Assembly (NCBI GenBank): GCA_026394055.1 | Contig: JAPKYZ010000051.1 | Span: forward strand, 16,356 to 80,355 | DNA: 64,000 bases | From: Acidobacteriota bacterium | GTDB taxonomy: Bacteria; Acidobacteriota; Terriglobia; Bryobacterales; Bryobacteraceae | Reading direction: 5' to 3' | In this document: positions 29,802-39,625 of the stretch, piece after piece | How positions within the stretch are numbered: the stretch's first letter is position 1 | Layout: the number at the start of each line of letters is the position of its first letter | Made by a program: the position numbers and the translations under genes | The notes under the pieces: generated by a model | What the model was told of the DNA's origin: nothing | The model's input: only the letters and a program-made list of their open reading frames with translations | The model's database searches: none

Positions 29802-31066
29802 GTGAGAACCCAAGCGTGAACGAGAGAAAACCCGAAGTCCGTCCGCCCTTGTTTTCGGGCAAACTGCTCGCCCTCGTAACCCTGATCGCCATCGTCTTCG
29901 CCGGACTGTTGTTCAGTGGCCTCTGGCCCCGGCGGGAGCGGGTGGCGGCCATCACCAAGGAAGCCTCGGACGACGCCTCAGAAGTGCCGACGGTGACGGT
30001 GGCGAAGGCGTCGGTCGCGCCGCCCACCAAAGAGATCGTGCTGCCAGGGACCGTGTCAGCCCTGCTCGAAACGCCCATCTACGCCCGCGCGGAAGGCTAT
30101 CTCCGGTCGCTCAAAGCGGACATTGGCGACGTCGTGAAGAAAGACCAGATTCTGGTGGAGCTCGACACGCCGGAACTCGACCAATCGCTGCGTATCGCCC
30201 GTGCGCGCTTGCAGCAACTGAAGGCTTCGGTGGACCAAGCCAAAGCCGCTGAGCAGAAGTCCCGCGCCGATGTGAAGCTGGCCGACATCAACCGCCAGCG
30301 CATCACCCAACTGGTGAAAGAAGGCGTCTTCGCGCGGCAGCAGGGTGACGATGTGCAAGCCCAGGTGGAGGTCCGGACCGCGGAACTGCAATCCGCCCTG
30401 GCGGCCATCAATGTCGCCGAGCAGAACATCAAAGCGCAAGAGGCCGAGATCGGCCGCCTGGAAGAACTCTCTTCGTTTAAGCATGTCCGCGCACCCTATG
30501 ACGGCATCATCACGGTGCGCAACTGCGCCACCGGCAACCTGATCACGCCCAGCTCCGCCAACGGCGGCCGCGAGCTGTTCCGCATCTCGAACTTTGATGT
30601 CCTCCGCGTGTTCGCCGCTGTGCCGCAATCGGTGATCTCGAGCATCCTGCCGGGCCAGCCCGCTGAGGTCTTCACAGCGGACATGAACGGCCGCAAGTTC
30701 CTGGGCAAGGTGCAGCGGGCCGCGAACTCGCTCGATGACCAGACGCGCACCCAGCGCACCGAAGTCCGGGTGCTCAATCCGGACCACGGCCTGCTGCCGG
30801 GCATGTATGTGCAGGTGAAGTTCATCACGCCCAAAGGCCGGTCCATGGTGATGATCCCCGGCGATACGCTGCTGACGCCCGCTGGTGGCACGATGGTGGC
30901 CGTGGTCGATGCCGGCAAGGTCCGCATGCAAAAGGTGGATGTCGGCCGCGATTTGGGCACTCAGGTGGAAGTGATGGCCGGCTTGCAGGGCGATGAGATG
31001 CTGATCATCAACCCCTCGGACGCCGTGCGCCCGGGCGCTCGCGTGCGGGCTGTGCCGCGTAAGTAG
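29798..31066 (+). CDS. RND efflux periplasmic adaptor (membrane fusion protein, HlyD family)
   Basis: N-terminal TM. Coiled-coil hairpin. Lipoyl/beta-barrel motifs ('HVRAPYDGIITVRN'). 4-bp overlap with the permease. Confidence 0.8.
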   Translation: MSENPSVNERKPEVRPPLFSGKLLALVTLIAIVFAGLLFSGLWPRRERVAAITKEASDDASEVPTVTVAKASVAPPTKEIVLPGTVSALLETPIYARAEGYLRSLKADIGDVVKKDQILVELDTPELDQSLRIARARLQQLKASVDQAKAAEQKSRADVKLADINRQRITQLVKEGVFARQQGDDVQAQVEVRTAELQSALAAINVAEQNIKAQEAEIGRLEELSSFKHVRAPYDGIITVRNCATGNLITPSSANGGRELFRISNFDVLRVFAAVPQSVISSILPGQPAEVFTADMNGRKFLGKVQRAANSLDDQTRTQRTEVRVLNPDHGLLPGMYVQVKFITPKGRSMVMIPGDTLLTPAGGTMVAVVDAGKVRMQKVDVGRDLGTQVEVMAGLQGDEMLIINPSDAVRPGARVRAVPRK

Positions 31067-31100
31067 CCCCTCGCATTCGGGGTAGCGCGCGAGTACACTC

Positions 31101-32900
31101 TTGGGTGTGGCCTCCTTTCTGCTGGTCTTGGCGGCGGGCACGCTCGCCTTTTTCTTCCTCCTCATCTTCCTGTTCGGACTGGTGATCATCCGGGAAAACC
31201 AAGTGGGAGTGGTAATTAAACGCTTCTCCTGGAGCGGCAAGAAGCTTCCCGAAGGCCGGGTAATCGCGCTTGAAGAAGAGCCGGGCTATCAGGCCCGCAC
31301 GCTGGGCCCGGGCTTTCATCTTTGGTACTTCCCGGTGATGTACAAGATCGAGAAGTACCCGATCACCGTCATCGCGCCCGGCAAGATCGGCCTGGTGATC
31401 GCCAACGACGGCAATCCCCCGCCCGTCAACCGCGTCCTGTGCGAAGCGGTGGAGTGCGACAACTTCCAGAACGCCGAAAAGTTCTTGCGCCACGGGGGAC
31501 AAAAAGGCCGCCAGAGCGCGGTGTTGACCGCCGGCTACTACCGCATCAACCCGGTGCTGTTCAAAGTGGTTCCGGATGTCCCCATCACCAAGATTGATTC
31601 GAACAAGATCGGCATCATCACCGTGCTGGACGGTGCGCCGATGCCGGTGGGACAGATGGCCGCCCAAGTGATCGCGGGTGGTGAGAGCTTCCAGAACCCC
31701 GATGCCTTCATCCGCAACGGCGGCTGCCGCGGCCTGCAGGAGCAGATCATGCTGGCCGGCAGCTACAACATCAACCCCTGGTTTTCCGAGATCGAAGAGG
31801 CCGACCTGGTGGAAGTGCCGATCGGCTATGTCGGCGTCGTGGTGAGCTTTGTCGGCGAAGACTTCAAGGACATCTCGGGCGAACAGTTCACGCACGGCAA
31901 CATCGTCCGCAAGGGCGGCAAAGGCGTCTGGGATGAACCGCTCTACCCCGGCAAGCACGCGCTGAACACCCGGATCATGAAAGTGGAGCTCGTGCCCACC
32001 ACCAACATCGTCCTCAACTGGGCTTCCACGCGCACCGAGTCACACAAGCTGGACGAGAAGCTGTCGACAATCTCCGTGCGCTCGAAAGACGGCTTCACCT
32101 TCAACCTGGACGTCTCCCAGATCATCAACATCGGTGCCACCAAGGCACCTTGGGTGATCTCCCGCGTGGGCAGCGTGCGCAATCTGGTGAACCAGGTGCT
32201 GGAGCCGATCATCGGCAACTATTTCCGCAACGGTGCCCAGAACTACACCGTGCTCGACTTCCTATCGAACCGCAGCGAGCGGCAGACCGAGGCCCGCACC
32301 CACATCACCGATGCCATCCGTGAATACGACGTCCAGAGCGTCGACACGCTGATCGGTGACATCGTGCCGCCGGAGCAGTTGATGCTGACGCTCACCACGC
32401 GCAAGATCGCCGAGGAGCAGCAAAAGACGTTCCAGACCGAAGAGCAGACCCAGCGCACGCGCCAGGAACTGGAGCGGCAGAAAGCGCTGGCGGACAAACA
32501 GAAAGAGATCGTCAACTCCGAACAAGACGTCCGCATCGCCGAAATGCGCGCCAAGTCCGCCGTCGAGCAAGCCCAGGGCGAATCGTTGGTGACGTCCCGG
32601 CGGGCCGAAGGCGAAGCCATCGCCAAACGCCGCGTCGGTGAGGCGGAGGCCGAAGTGGTCTCGATCAAGGGCCGCAACGAAGCCGAAGCGATCCGGGCGA
32701 TCGGGCAAGCCAAGGCCGATGCCTACAAGCTAGGCGTGGAAGCAATGGGCGGCAACTTCTCCCTGCTCCAGATCTTCACCATCCTGGCCGAAAAAGGCAT
32801 CCGGCTCACTCCCGACGTCATGGTCTCCGGCGGCAGCAACGGAGGCAATGCCTCCGAGGCGATGCTGGCCATGTTGTTGCGTGAGGCGATGAAGAAGTAG
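31101..32900 (+). CDS. SPFH/band-7 (flotillin-like) membrane protein
   Basis: N-terminal TM. SPFH domain. Long Glu/Ala/Gln-rich coiled coil ('EAEAEVVSIKGRNEAEAIRAIGQAKADA'). Confidence 0.75.
   Translation: MGVASFLLVLAAGTLAFFFLLIFLFGLVIIRENQVGVVIKRFSWSGKKLPEGRVIALEEEPGYQARTLGPGFHLWYFPVMYKIEKYPITVIAPGKIGLVIANDGNPPPVNRVLCEAVECDNFQNAEKFLRHGGQKGRQSAVLTAGYYRINPVLFKVVPDVPITKIDSNKIGIITVLDGAPMPVGQMAAQVIAGGESFQNPDAFIRNGGCRGLQEQIMLAGSYNINPWFSEIEEADLVEVPIGYVGVVVSFVGEDFKDISGEQFTHGNIVRKGGKGVWDEPLYPGKHALNTRIMKVELVPTTNIVLNWASTRTESHKLDEKLSTISVRSKDGFTFNLDVSQIINIGATKAPWVISRVGSVRNLVNQVLEPIIGNYFRNGAQNYTVLDFLSNRSERQTEARTHITDAIREYDVQSVDTLIGDIVPPEQLMLTLTTRKIAEEQQKTFQTEEQTQRTRQELERQKALADKQKEIVNSEQDVRIAEMRAKSAVEQAQGESLVTSRRAEGEAIAKRRVGEAEAEVVSIKGRNEAEAIRAIGQAKADAYKLGVEAMGGNFSLLQIFTILAEKGIRLTPDVMVSGGSNGGNASEAMLAMLLREAMKK
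32877..32900 (+). repeat. 24-bp direct repeat copy 1 (3' end of flotillin gene, 'ttgcgtgaggcgatgaagaagtag')
   Basis: Identical to 34023..34046 on direct reading of the sequence. Confidence 0.9.
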
Positions 32901-32920
32901 GGCCTTGCTATGCTCGATCC

Positions 32921-33196
32921 ATGGCCTCTCACGACCAGCGGTCAAGCGGGCAGACCAACCCGGGTTCACTATCTTTGACGCCTGAGCCGGCTGTCGTTGC
33001 GACTGCGCCGGAACTGGTTGACCTCTACCGGACCGCTTTTCGGCTTTACGGGACTTCCGCCCTCTGGAATCGGCGTGAGTTTACCGACCCCGCTCCGCAA
33101 GATGTCCTGGCCATCACCCAAGCGCTCAGGACGCACGGCGGGATGGACGGCCGGCGGCTAGCTGAAAAGATTGAACGCATCTGCCGTGCCACTTAG
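32921..33196 (+). CDS. hypothetical small protein, putative partner of the downstream nucleotidyltransferase
   Basis: 91-aa ORF overlapping the next gene by 26 bp. No recognisable family. Start uncertain. Confidence 0.35.
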   Translation: MASHDQRSSGQTNPGSLSLTPEPAVVATAPELVDLYRTAFRLYGTSALWNRREFTDPAPQDVLAITQALRTHGGMDGRRLAEKIERICRAT

Positions 33197-34001
33197 TCAG
33201 TTTCAGTCGCGAGTGCTGGGGATATTGGCGGCGGGCCGGACGCCGGAAAGCTTCATCGCCGGCGGTATCGCCATCAACCGTGAGGGACCGCGCTATTCGC
33301 GGGCTATCGATATCTTCCAGGATTCCGAGGAGGTCTTGGCGGCGGCAGCGGAAGCTGACCAGCGCCTGCTGACAGATGCCGGAATGCGCGTCAACTGGCG
33401 AAGCAACCGCACGGGCCACCGGTCGGCGATCGTTTCAGCGGATACAGACTCGATGCGCCTCGAGTGGGTGCATGATAGCGCCTTCCGATTCTTTCCCGCC
33501 CAGCCTGATGCGCAGTTCGGCTATGTGCTCCACCCTGTCGATTTGGCGGCCAACAAGGTCTCGGCAGCGGCCGACCGGCGTGAGGCTCGGGACATTGTTG
33601 ACCTAGTGACCATTCACGAAAACATCCTGCCTCTTGGGGCGGCGATCTGCGCCGCGGTTGGCCGGTTTCCTGGTCAATCGCCCGAGGAGATGTTGGCCGA
33701 GATCCGCCGCCACGCGCGCCTGTCGGCCGAAGAGATCGAGAGCCTGGCCATGGATGGCCCCCTGGACGTGAAGGCCTTCACGGCGCGGGTCCGCGCGATG
33801 CTCGACCACGCGGATGTGTTCATCCGTCATCTACCGAGCGAAGCGGTTGGGGTGGTCTTCTTAAGGGCCGGGAGGTGGGAGCAACCGGATCTCGACCGGC
33901 TGGACGAGTATGATCGCCGCCCCGGAAGCCGGGGTGGTATCTGGCCTTCATCGAGCGAAATCAACCGCGCCATGCTCGGCCGGTATTCCAGCGAACCCTA
34001 A
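33171..34001 (+). CDS. nucleotidyltransferase, AbiEii/DUF1814-like (putative type IV TA / abortive-infection toxin)
   Basis: Pol-beta-type NTase motif 'FIAGGIAINREGPRYSRAIDIF' (GG...RxSxDID), as in AbiEii-family proteins. About 276 aa. Confidence 0.5.
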   Translation: MNASAVPLSQFQSRVLGILAAGRTPESFIAGGIAINREGPRYSRAIDIFQDSEEVLAAAAEADQRLLTDAGMRVNWRSNRTGHRSAIVSADTDSMRLEWVHDSAFRFFPAQPDAQFGYVLHPVDLAANKVSAAADRREARDIVDLVTIHENILPLGAAICAAVGRFPGQSPEEMLAEIRRHARLSAEEIESLAMDGPLDVKAFTARVRAMLDHADVFIRHLPSEAVGVVFLRAGRWEQPDLDRLDEYDRRPGSRGGIWPSSSEINRAMLGRYSSEP

Positions 34002-34022
34002 GCGGCAACGCCTGAGGGCGAT

Positions 34023-34046
34023 TTGCGTGAGGCGATGAAGAAGTAG
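34023..34046 (+). repeat. 24-bp direct repeat copy 2
   Basis: Perfect copy of 32877..32900, including an in-frame 'REAMKK*' remnant and a TAG stop. Confidence 0.9.
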
Positions 34047-34076
34047 ACCACTGGTTCGAGTTACCATCATCCCCAT

Positions 34077-36689
34077 ATGCGGCTGATGCTTGGATTAGCG
34101 TTGCTGCTGCCCGCGATGGCGCAGCAGACGATGGATGCGGACTTTGCGAAGTCGGTGAAAGAGTTCACCACCAAACCGGAATTTATGAGTCCGCTGGTGG
34201 ACCATCTGCCCAAGGTCCCCGGCATTCCGACACCCAAAGACTTTCTGGGCTATCACGTCGGCACGCCGAAGAAGCTGACGCGCTATGCGGACATTGTGAA
34301 GTACCTCCGGGCGCTCGAAAAAGCGTCGAAGCGCATCAAGGTGTTTAGCGCCGGGCAGACCGACGAAGGCCGCGAGATGATTGCCGGCATGGTGGGTGAT
34401 GAGGCCACTATCGCGAGTCTTGAAACCTACCGCGGCTATCTGGCCCAACTGGCGGACCCGCGCAAGACCACCGACGCGGCGGCCGTCATCGCCAAAGCCA
34501 AGCCGATCTATCAGCTGACCGGCGGCCTCCACGCCAGCGAAACGGGCTCGCCCGAAATGCTGATGGAGCTGGCCTATCGCCTGGTGGCGGAAGAAGGCGC
34601 GCTCTACAGCCAGATCCGGCAGAACCTGATTGTGTCCATCGTCCCGGCGCTCGAACCCGATGGGCAGGAGCGTTACACCGACTGGTATTACCGCCACAAG
34701 ATCAACGACACCTCCGAAGATGACGCCCTGCCCGGACCACCCTATTGGGGCAAGTACGTCCTGCACGACAACAACCGCGACATGCACTATTCGCAGATCG
34801 TGATGCGCAACTGGCTGAAGTTCTACTTGCAGTGGAAAGCGCCCATCGTGCATGACCTGCATGAAAGCGTGCCGGTCCTCTACACCTTCTCCGGCCAGCC
34901 GCCGCACAACCCCAACCTGGACCCGATCCTCTACGCTGAGCTCCCCTGGTTCGCCAACTATGAGATGACCAAGATGATCGGCTACGGCATGCCCGGCGTC
35001 TGGACACACGCTTTTGTCGACATGTGGAGCGTGGGCTATCTGGGCTTTATGGCCTCCAACCACAACGGCATGCTCCGCATGTATGAGACCTACGGCAACG
35101 GCGGCGCCAACACCATGAAGCGCAAAGTCCAGTCGAGCGAGAATGACCGCTTCGGCGCGGCCAACCGCCAGTGGTACCGCCCCTTCCCGGCCTACAAGGA
35201 CGTTGAATGGTCCCTGCGCAACAACACGAATTACATGCAGACCGGCGTGCTGTCGGCGCTGGAACTGGCTTCGGCCAACTCGAAGACGATCCTCGACAAC
35301 TTCTACCGCAAGTCCTTCAACGCCGTCGAAGCCGGTAAGAAGGAAGCGCCCTATGGCTGGAGCATCCCGGCCGGACAGCGCGACCAGACGCGCGTCGCAC
35401 TGTTGATCAACACACTGCGCCTGCAAGGCATTGAGGTCAGCACCAAGGCCGACGGCACCTTCCTCATCCGCCGCGATCAGCCCTATGGACGCCTGGCGAA
35501 GAGCCTGCTCGAAAAGCAGGTCTACCCGGACCCCAGCCTCCGCACCTACGACGACACCGGCTGGACCATGGGCACACAGTTCCAGGTGGACGTGAAGGAA
35601 GTGAACGAGAAGGGCCAACTGGACGTGCCGACGCAGCCCGTCAACACCTACGACCCGCGCGGCTCCGTCACGGGCCAGGGGCAGCATCTGGTGGTGCTGC
35701 ACAATGGCGCGCATTCGATGATCACGCTGCGCGCGCGGTTGAAGTCCGCCAAGTTTGAAGCGCTCGAAAAGACGTGGGGCGACCTGCCCGCGGGCAGCCT
35801 CATCACGGCCAACACGGCGGCGGCGCGCGAACAGGTCGAGAAGTTAGGCTTGGTGGCGAAGGTGATGCCGGAGCTGCCAGACGTGCCGCGCCATGCGGTC
35901 GACCTGCCGCGGCTGGCTGTTTATTCCACCTGGGGCTCAACGCAGGAAGTGGGTTGGGTGCGCCATGCGCTCGACAGCTTTGAAGTGCCCTACGACCTGA
36001 TTTTCAAGGAGCGCGTGAAGAAGGGCAATCTGCGCGGCGACTACGACGTCGTGCTGATCCCCAACCAACGCGGCGGCTCGGCGAAAGGCATCGTGTTCGA
36101 CATCGATTGCAAGGGCCGCTCCATGGCCTACACCAAGACGGCCGACTTCAAGAGCCTGGGCATGTACGGCGAAACCGAAGAGATGTGCGGCGGCATGGGC
36201 CTGGAAGGCGTGGTCGAATTCGAGAAGTTCGTCACCGGCGGCGGCGTCATGATCACGCTCGCTGGAGCCAGCACGCTGCCCGCTGAGTTCGGCCTCGTGC
36301 GCCGTGTCGAAGCCAGTCGTCCGGTGGGGACTTTCTACGCCCCGGGTCCGATTCTCGATGCCGAAATCGAAAAGCCTTCGCACCCCATGTTCTACGGCTA
36401 CACGGCCAAAACGGTGGCCATCCGCTACGCCAACGGGCCGCTGCTCTACGCCTCCGAGCAGGATCGCCAAAAGTGGTCCCTGCTGAAGTACCCCTTCACC
36501 GAAAAGGGAATCCTCAGCGGCCACATCCAAGGCATTGGTCAATTGAAAGACCACCCCGCCGTAATGGACGTCCCTTCCGGTAAGGGCCGGGTGGTCATGT
36601 TCGCCACGAACCCCTGCTATCGCTGGCAGACCCATAGTGAGTTCGCGATGCTGTTCAACTCACTGCTACATTTTGATGATGTGAAGTAG
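34077..36689 (+). CDS. M14-family zinc carboxypeptidase-like secreted protein
   Basis: 870 aa. Signal peptide. M14-like zinc-binding region '[21 protein letters not shown]'. Confidence 0.65.
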   Translation: MRLMLGLALLLPAMAQQTMDADFAKSVKEFTTKPEFMSPLVDHLPKVPGIPTPKDFLGYHVGTPKKLTRYADIVKYLRALEKASKRIKVFSAGQTDEGREMIAGMVGDEATIASLETYRGYLAQLADPRKTTDAAAVIAKAKPIYQLTGGLHASETGSPEMLMELAYRLVAEEGALYSQIRQNLIVSIVPALEPDGQERYTDWYYRHKINDTSEDDALPGPPYWGKYVLHDNNRDMHYSQIVMRNWLKFYLQWKAPIVHDLHESVPVLYTFSGQPPHNPNLDPILYAELPWFANYEMTKMIGYGMPGVWTHAFVDMWSVGYLGFMASNHNGMLRMYETYGNGGANTMKRKVQSSENDRFGAANRQWYRPFPAYKDVEWSLRNNTNYMQTGVLSALELASANSKTILDNFYRKSFNAVEAGKKEAPYGWSIPAGQRDQTRVALLINTLRLQGIEVSTKADGTFLIRRDQPYGRLAKSLLEKQVYPDPSLRTYDDTGWTMGTQFQVDVKEVNEKGQLDVPTQPVNTYDPRGSVTGQGQHLVVLHNGAHSMITLRARLKSAKFEALEKTWGDLPAGSLITANTAAAREQVEKLGLVAKVMPELPDVPRHAVDLPRLAVYSTWGSTQEVGWVRHALDSFEVPYDLIFKERVKKGNLRGDYDVVLIPNQRGGSAKGIVFDIDCKGRSMAYTKTADFKSLGMYGETEEMCGGMGLEGVVEFEKFVTGGGVMITLAGASTLPAEFGLVRRVEASRPVGTFYAPGPILDAEIEKPSHPMFYGYTAKTVAIRYANGPLLYASEQDRQKWSLLKYPFTEKGILSGHIQGIGQLKDHPAVMDVPSGKGRVVMFATNPCYRWQTHSEFAMLFNSLLHFDDVK

Positions 36690-36693
36690 GATT

Positions 36694-37926
36694 ATGGAAC
36701 GGAAAAAGAAGGTTGGCCCACCCCGCATTGAGACGCTACGCGTCAAAAACTATCGCTCATTAAAGGACATCGAATTCAGGGACCTCACGCCCTTCACTGT
36801 GCTGCTTGGCCCGAATGGCAGTGGGAAGTCGACGACTTTCGATGTGTTGAATTTTCTGTCCGAGTGCTTTCGCTTCGGGCTTCGTCATGCCTGGGATCGC
36901 CGGGGACGCTCTAGAGAGTTAAAGACGAGAGGTCAATCTGGCCCGATTCTCATCGAACTTAAGTACCGCGAGCGCCCGGAAGCACCAATCATCACATACC
37001 ACCTAGCGATTGATGAGGGCGAACGGGGCGGACCAGTAGTCGCCGAAGAATGGCTGCAATGGCGGCGAGGCAGTAAGGGGCAACCATTCCGGTTCTTGGA
37101 TTATCGCGCCGGCAAAGGACGAGCCGTCAGCGGTGAGATGCCCGATGACCAGGATCAACGGGACGACGTACCGCTGAAGTCAGCGGACTTGATCGCGGTC
37201 AACGCCCTCGGCCAGTTTGAGAATCATCCGCGCGTTGCTGCTTTGAGAGAATTCATCACCGATTGGTACGTATCGTATCTATCGATAGAAGATACACGCG
37301 GGCAGCCCGAGGCGGGTCCACAGGACCGCCTGAGCAAGAGCGGCGATAACCTCGCAAACGTAATTCAGTACCTTAGGGAACGCTATCCGAAAGAGTTGGA
37401 GGCTATTTTTGAGATCCTCCGACGCCGTATCCCGAGGCTCGAAAGCGTTATTGCAGTACCTACTGACGATGGACGGCTGCTGTTGCAGATCAAGGACGCT
37501 CCCTTTGATCGGCCGATCCTCTCTCGTTTTGCATCTGACGGGACGTTGAAAATGTTGGCCTACCTAGTTGTTTTGCATGATCCTGAACCACCGCAATTCG
37601 TTGGGATCGAGGAACCGGAGAACTTTCTTCATCCGCGACTCCTACCGGGGCTGAGCGAAGAATGTAGGAGCGCGACCGAGCATTCACAATTATTGGTCAC
37701 GACACATTCACCATTTTTCTTGAATAGCGCCAAGCCTAACGAGGTTCGAATTCTCTATCGAAACGAACATGGTTTCACCGAAACGAGACGCGCGGACGAG
37801 GTTCCGGGTATCACTCAGTTTGTGGATGCGGGAGCCACTATGGGCCACCTTTGGCTGGAAGGCAGATTGGGAGCCGGGGATCCGCTGGTGAACTCGGGGG
37901 TTCCGTTGGAGGGACGCCGCCGATGA
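36694..37926 (+). CDS. ABC-type (AAA_21/OLD-like) ATPase, putative anti-phage AbiLi-like component
   Basis: Walker A 'GPNGSGKST'. Walker B/D-loop '[13 protein letters not shown]'. H-loop '[10 protein letters not shown]'. N-terminal '[12 protein letters not shown]' typical of OLD/Gabija-class ABC ATPases. Confidence 0.75.
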   Translation: MERKKKVGPPRIETLRVKNYRSLKDIEFRDLTPFTVLLGPNGSGKSTTFDVLNFLSECFRFGLRHAWDRRGRSRELKTRGQSGPILIELKYRERPEAPIITYHLAIDEGERGGPVVAEEWLQWRRGSKGQPFRFLDYRAGKGRAVSGEMPDDQDQRDDVPLKSADLIAVNALGQFENHPRVAALREFITDWYVSYLSIEDTRGQPEAGPQDRLSKSGDNLANVIQYLRERYPKELEAIFEILRRRIPRLESVIAVPTDDGRLLLQIKDAPFDRPILSRFASDGTLKMLAYLVVLHDPEPPQFVGIEEPENFLHPRLLPGLSEECRSATEHSQLLVTTHSPFFLNSAKPNEVRILYRNEHGFTETRRADEVPGITQFVDAGATMGHLWLEGRLGAGDPLVNSGVPLEGRRR

Positions 37927-38534
37927 AGGCCAGCCATCTGCATGTCATTGTTGAGGACCAGTCCACGGAAGCCGCGCTCCGTGTATTGCTGCCCAAGATT
38001 CTTCGACAAGACCTTACGTTTGAGATATTTCCGCACCAATGTAAGCAAGATCTGTTGAAACATCTCCCGAACCGCTTTCGGGGCTACAAGCAATGGCTGC
38101 CGGACGACTGGCGGATTATTGTGCTCTGCGATCTTGACAATGACGACTGCAAACAACTCAAGGATCGGCTCGAATCGTTTGCCATGCAGGCGAGGTTAAT
38201 GACCAAGCGATCTAGCAGTCGCGGGAGCTATCAAGTTGTCACGCGGCTTGCTATCGAAGAATTGGAAGCCTGGTTTTTTGGCGATTGGAATGCGGTTTGT
38301 GCCGCATACCCCAAAGTGGATCCCAACCTTGGAGCAAAACAGGGTTACCGCGATTCCGATTCCATTGCCGGCGGTACTTGGGAAGCGCTTGAGAGAGCGC
38401 TAAAGAATGGAGGATACTTCCGAACGGGACTTAGAAAGATCGAAGCCGCGCGGGCCATCTCTGACCAAATGGATCCATTGCGCAATAAGTCCCAGAGCTT
38501 CGATGCCTTTCGGAAGGCCGTCGGGGATCTATAG
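37923..38534 (+). CDS. DUF4276-like Toprim-domain protein (putative nuclease partner of the ATPase)
   Basis: ATGA overlap with the ATPase stop. Toprim catalytic Glu '[10 protein letters not shown]' and DxD motif '[12 protein letters not shown]'. Confidence 0.65.
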   Translation: MKASHLHVIVEDQSTEAALRVLLPKILRQDLTFEIFPHQCKQDLLKHLPNRFRGYKQWLPDDWRIIVLCDLDNDDCKQLKDRLESFAMQARLMTKRSSSRGSYQVVTRLAIEELEAWFFGDWNAVCAAYPKVDPNLGAKQGYRDSDSIAGGTWEALERALKNGGYFRTGLRKIEAARAISDQMDPLRNKSQSFDAFRKAVGDL

Positions 38535-38536
38535 AA

Positions 38537-38899
38537 CTATTGCGGGACGGGACGCCCCATCGACTTGTAGATGCTCTCGATCGTGTCGATGTTGGCCTTG
38601 GCCTTTTTGTTCTCGCCGTCGTACTTCAGCGCGGCGCGGAATTCGCGGAGGGCGGCCGGGTATTTGCGCATGGGGGGCAACGCGTCGTTGTACATCAGGC
38701 TGTTGCCGTTGGCGACGTGGGCGTCCGCGAGCACCGTCTTCACGGCGGCGGATTTCGATTTGGCGTAATCCTCTTCCAGCAGTTTGATCGCTTCGTCGAA
38801 CTTCTTTTCCTTCATCAGCGCCTTGGCTTTGGCGGTGACGTCTTCGGCCAGCAGAGAAACGGCCAGGCAGATTGTCGAGATCAGTCGGGTGACACGCAT
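38537..38899 (-). CDS. hypothetical small secreted TPR-like protein
   Basis: 120-aa ORF with signal peptide. Convergent with the DUF4276 gene (2-bp gap). Confidence 0.45.
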   Translation of the reverse strand: MRVTRLISTICLAVSLLAEDVTAKAKALMKEKKFDEAIKLLEEDYAKSKSAAVKTVLADAHVANGNSLMYNDALPPMRKYPAALREFRAALKYDGENKKAKANIDTIESIYKSMGRPVPQ

Positions 38900-38912
38900 A
38901 ATAAAAGATTAC

Positions 38913-39581
38913 ATGTCTAAACGAATCGTCGTCGCCATTGATGGACCGGCTGGTGCGGGCAAGTCCACCATTGCGCGGCGCATTGCGGAAAAACTGGGTT
39001 TTCTCTACATCGACACCGGCGCCATGTACCGCGCCGTCGCCCTCTGGGCGCTCCGAAACGAGATGAGCATGGAGGACACCGCCCAACTGGAGCAGTTGGC
39101 CATCGCGGCGGAGATCTCGCTCGCCGCGGGTGTGGTGACGCTGAATGGAGAAGATGTCTCAGCCGCCATCCGGACCCCGGAAGTCTCGGCCCTCGCTTCC
39201 AAAGTGGCAGCGATCAGTGGCGTGCGGCGGGCGCTGGTGGAAAAGCAGCGCGCCTACAGCGAAGCGACTTCGGTGGTGATGGAAGGCCGCGATATCGGCA
39301 CGGTGGTCTTCCCGAACGCGCTGGTGAAGGTGTTTCTGGACGCCTCCTCCACCGAACGCGCTCGCCGCCGGGGGGCGGAGACGGGTGAAGAGACCGCCAC
39401 TGTGGCCCGCCAGATTGAAGAGCGGGATGCCCGCGACATGACCCGCGCCGCCTCTCCGCTGATGCAGGCGCCGGACGCTGTCTATGTCGATTCCAGCGGC
39501 AAGACGGTGGACGATGTGGAAGAAGTGATCTTGAAGCTGGTCCGCAGCCGGGCCAGCAACGGCAAGGAAGTGACCCGCTAG
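38913..39581 (+). CDS. cmk: cytidylate kinase
   Basis: 'IVVAIDGPAGAGKSTIARRIAEKLGFLYIDTGAMYRAV' P-loop and CMP-binding motifs. ATG at 38913. Confidence 0.85.
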   Translation: MSKRIVVAIDGPAGAGKSTIARRIAEKLGFLYIDTGAMYRAVALWALRNEMSMEDTAQLEQLAIAAEISLAAGVVTLNGEDVSAAIRTPEVSALASKVAAISGVRRALVEKQRAYSEATSVVMEGRDIGTVVFPNALVKVFLDASSTERARRRGAETGEETATVARQIEERDARDMTRAASPLMQAPDAVYVDSSGKTVDDVEEVILKLVRSRASNGKEVTR

Positions 39582-39625
39582 CGCCGGCAAACGGCCTCGG
39601 AGCTGGGTCTAAAAATCGAAAGGGT

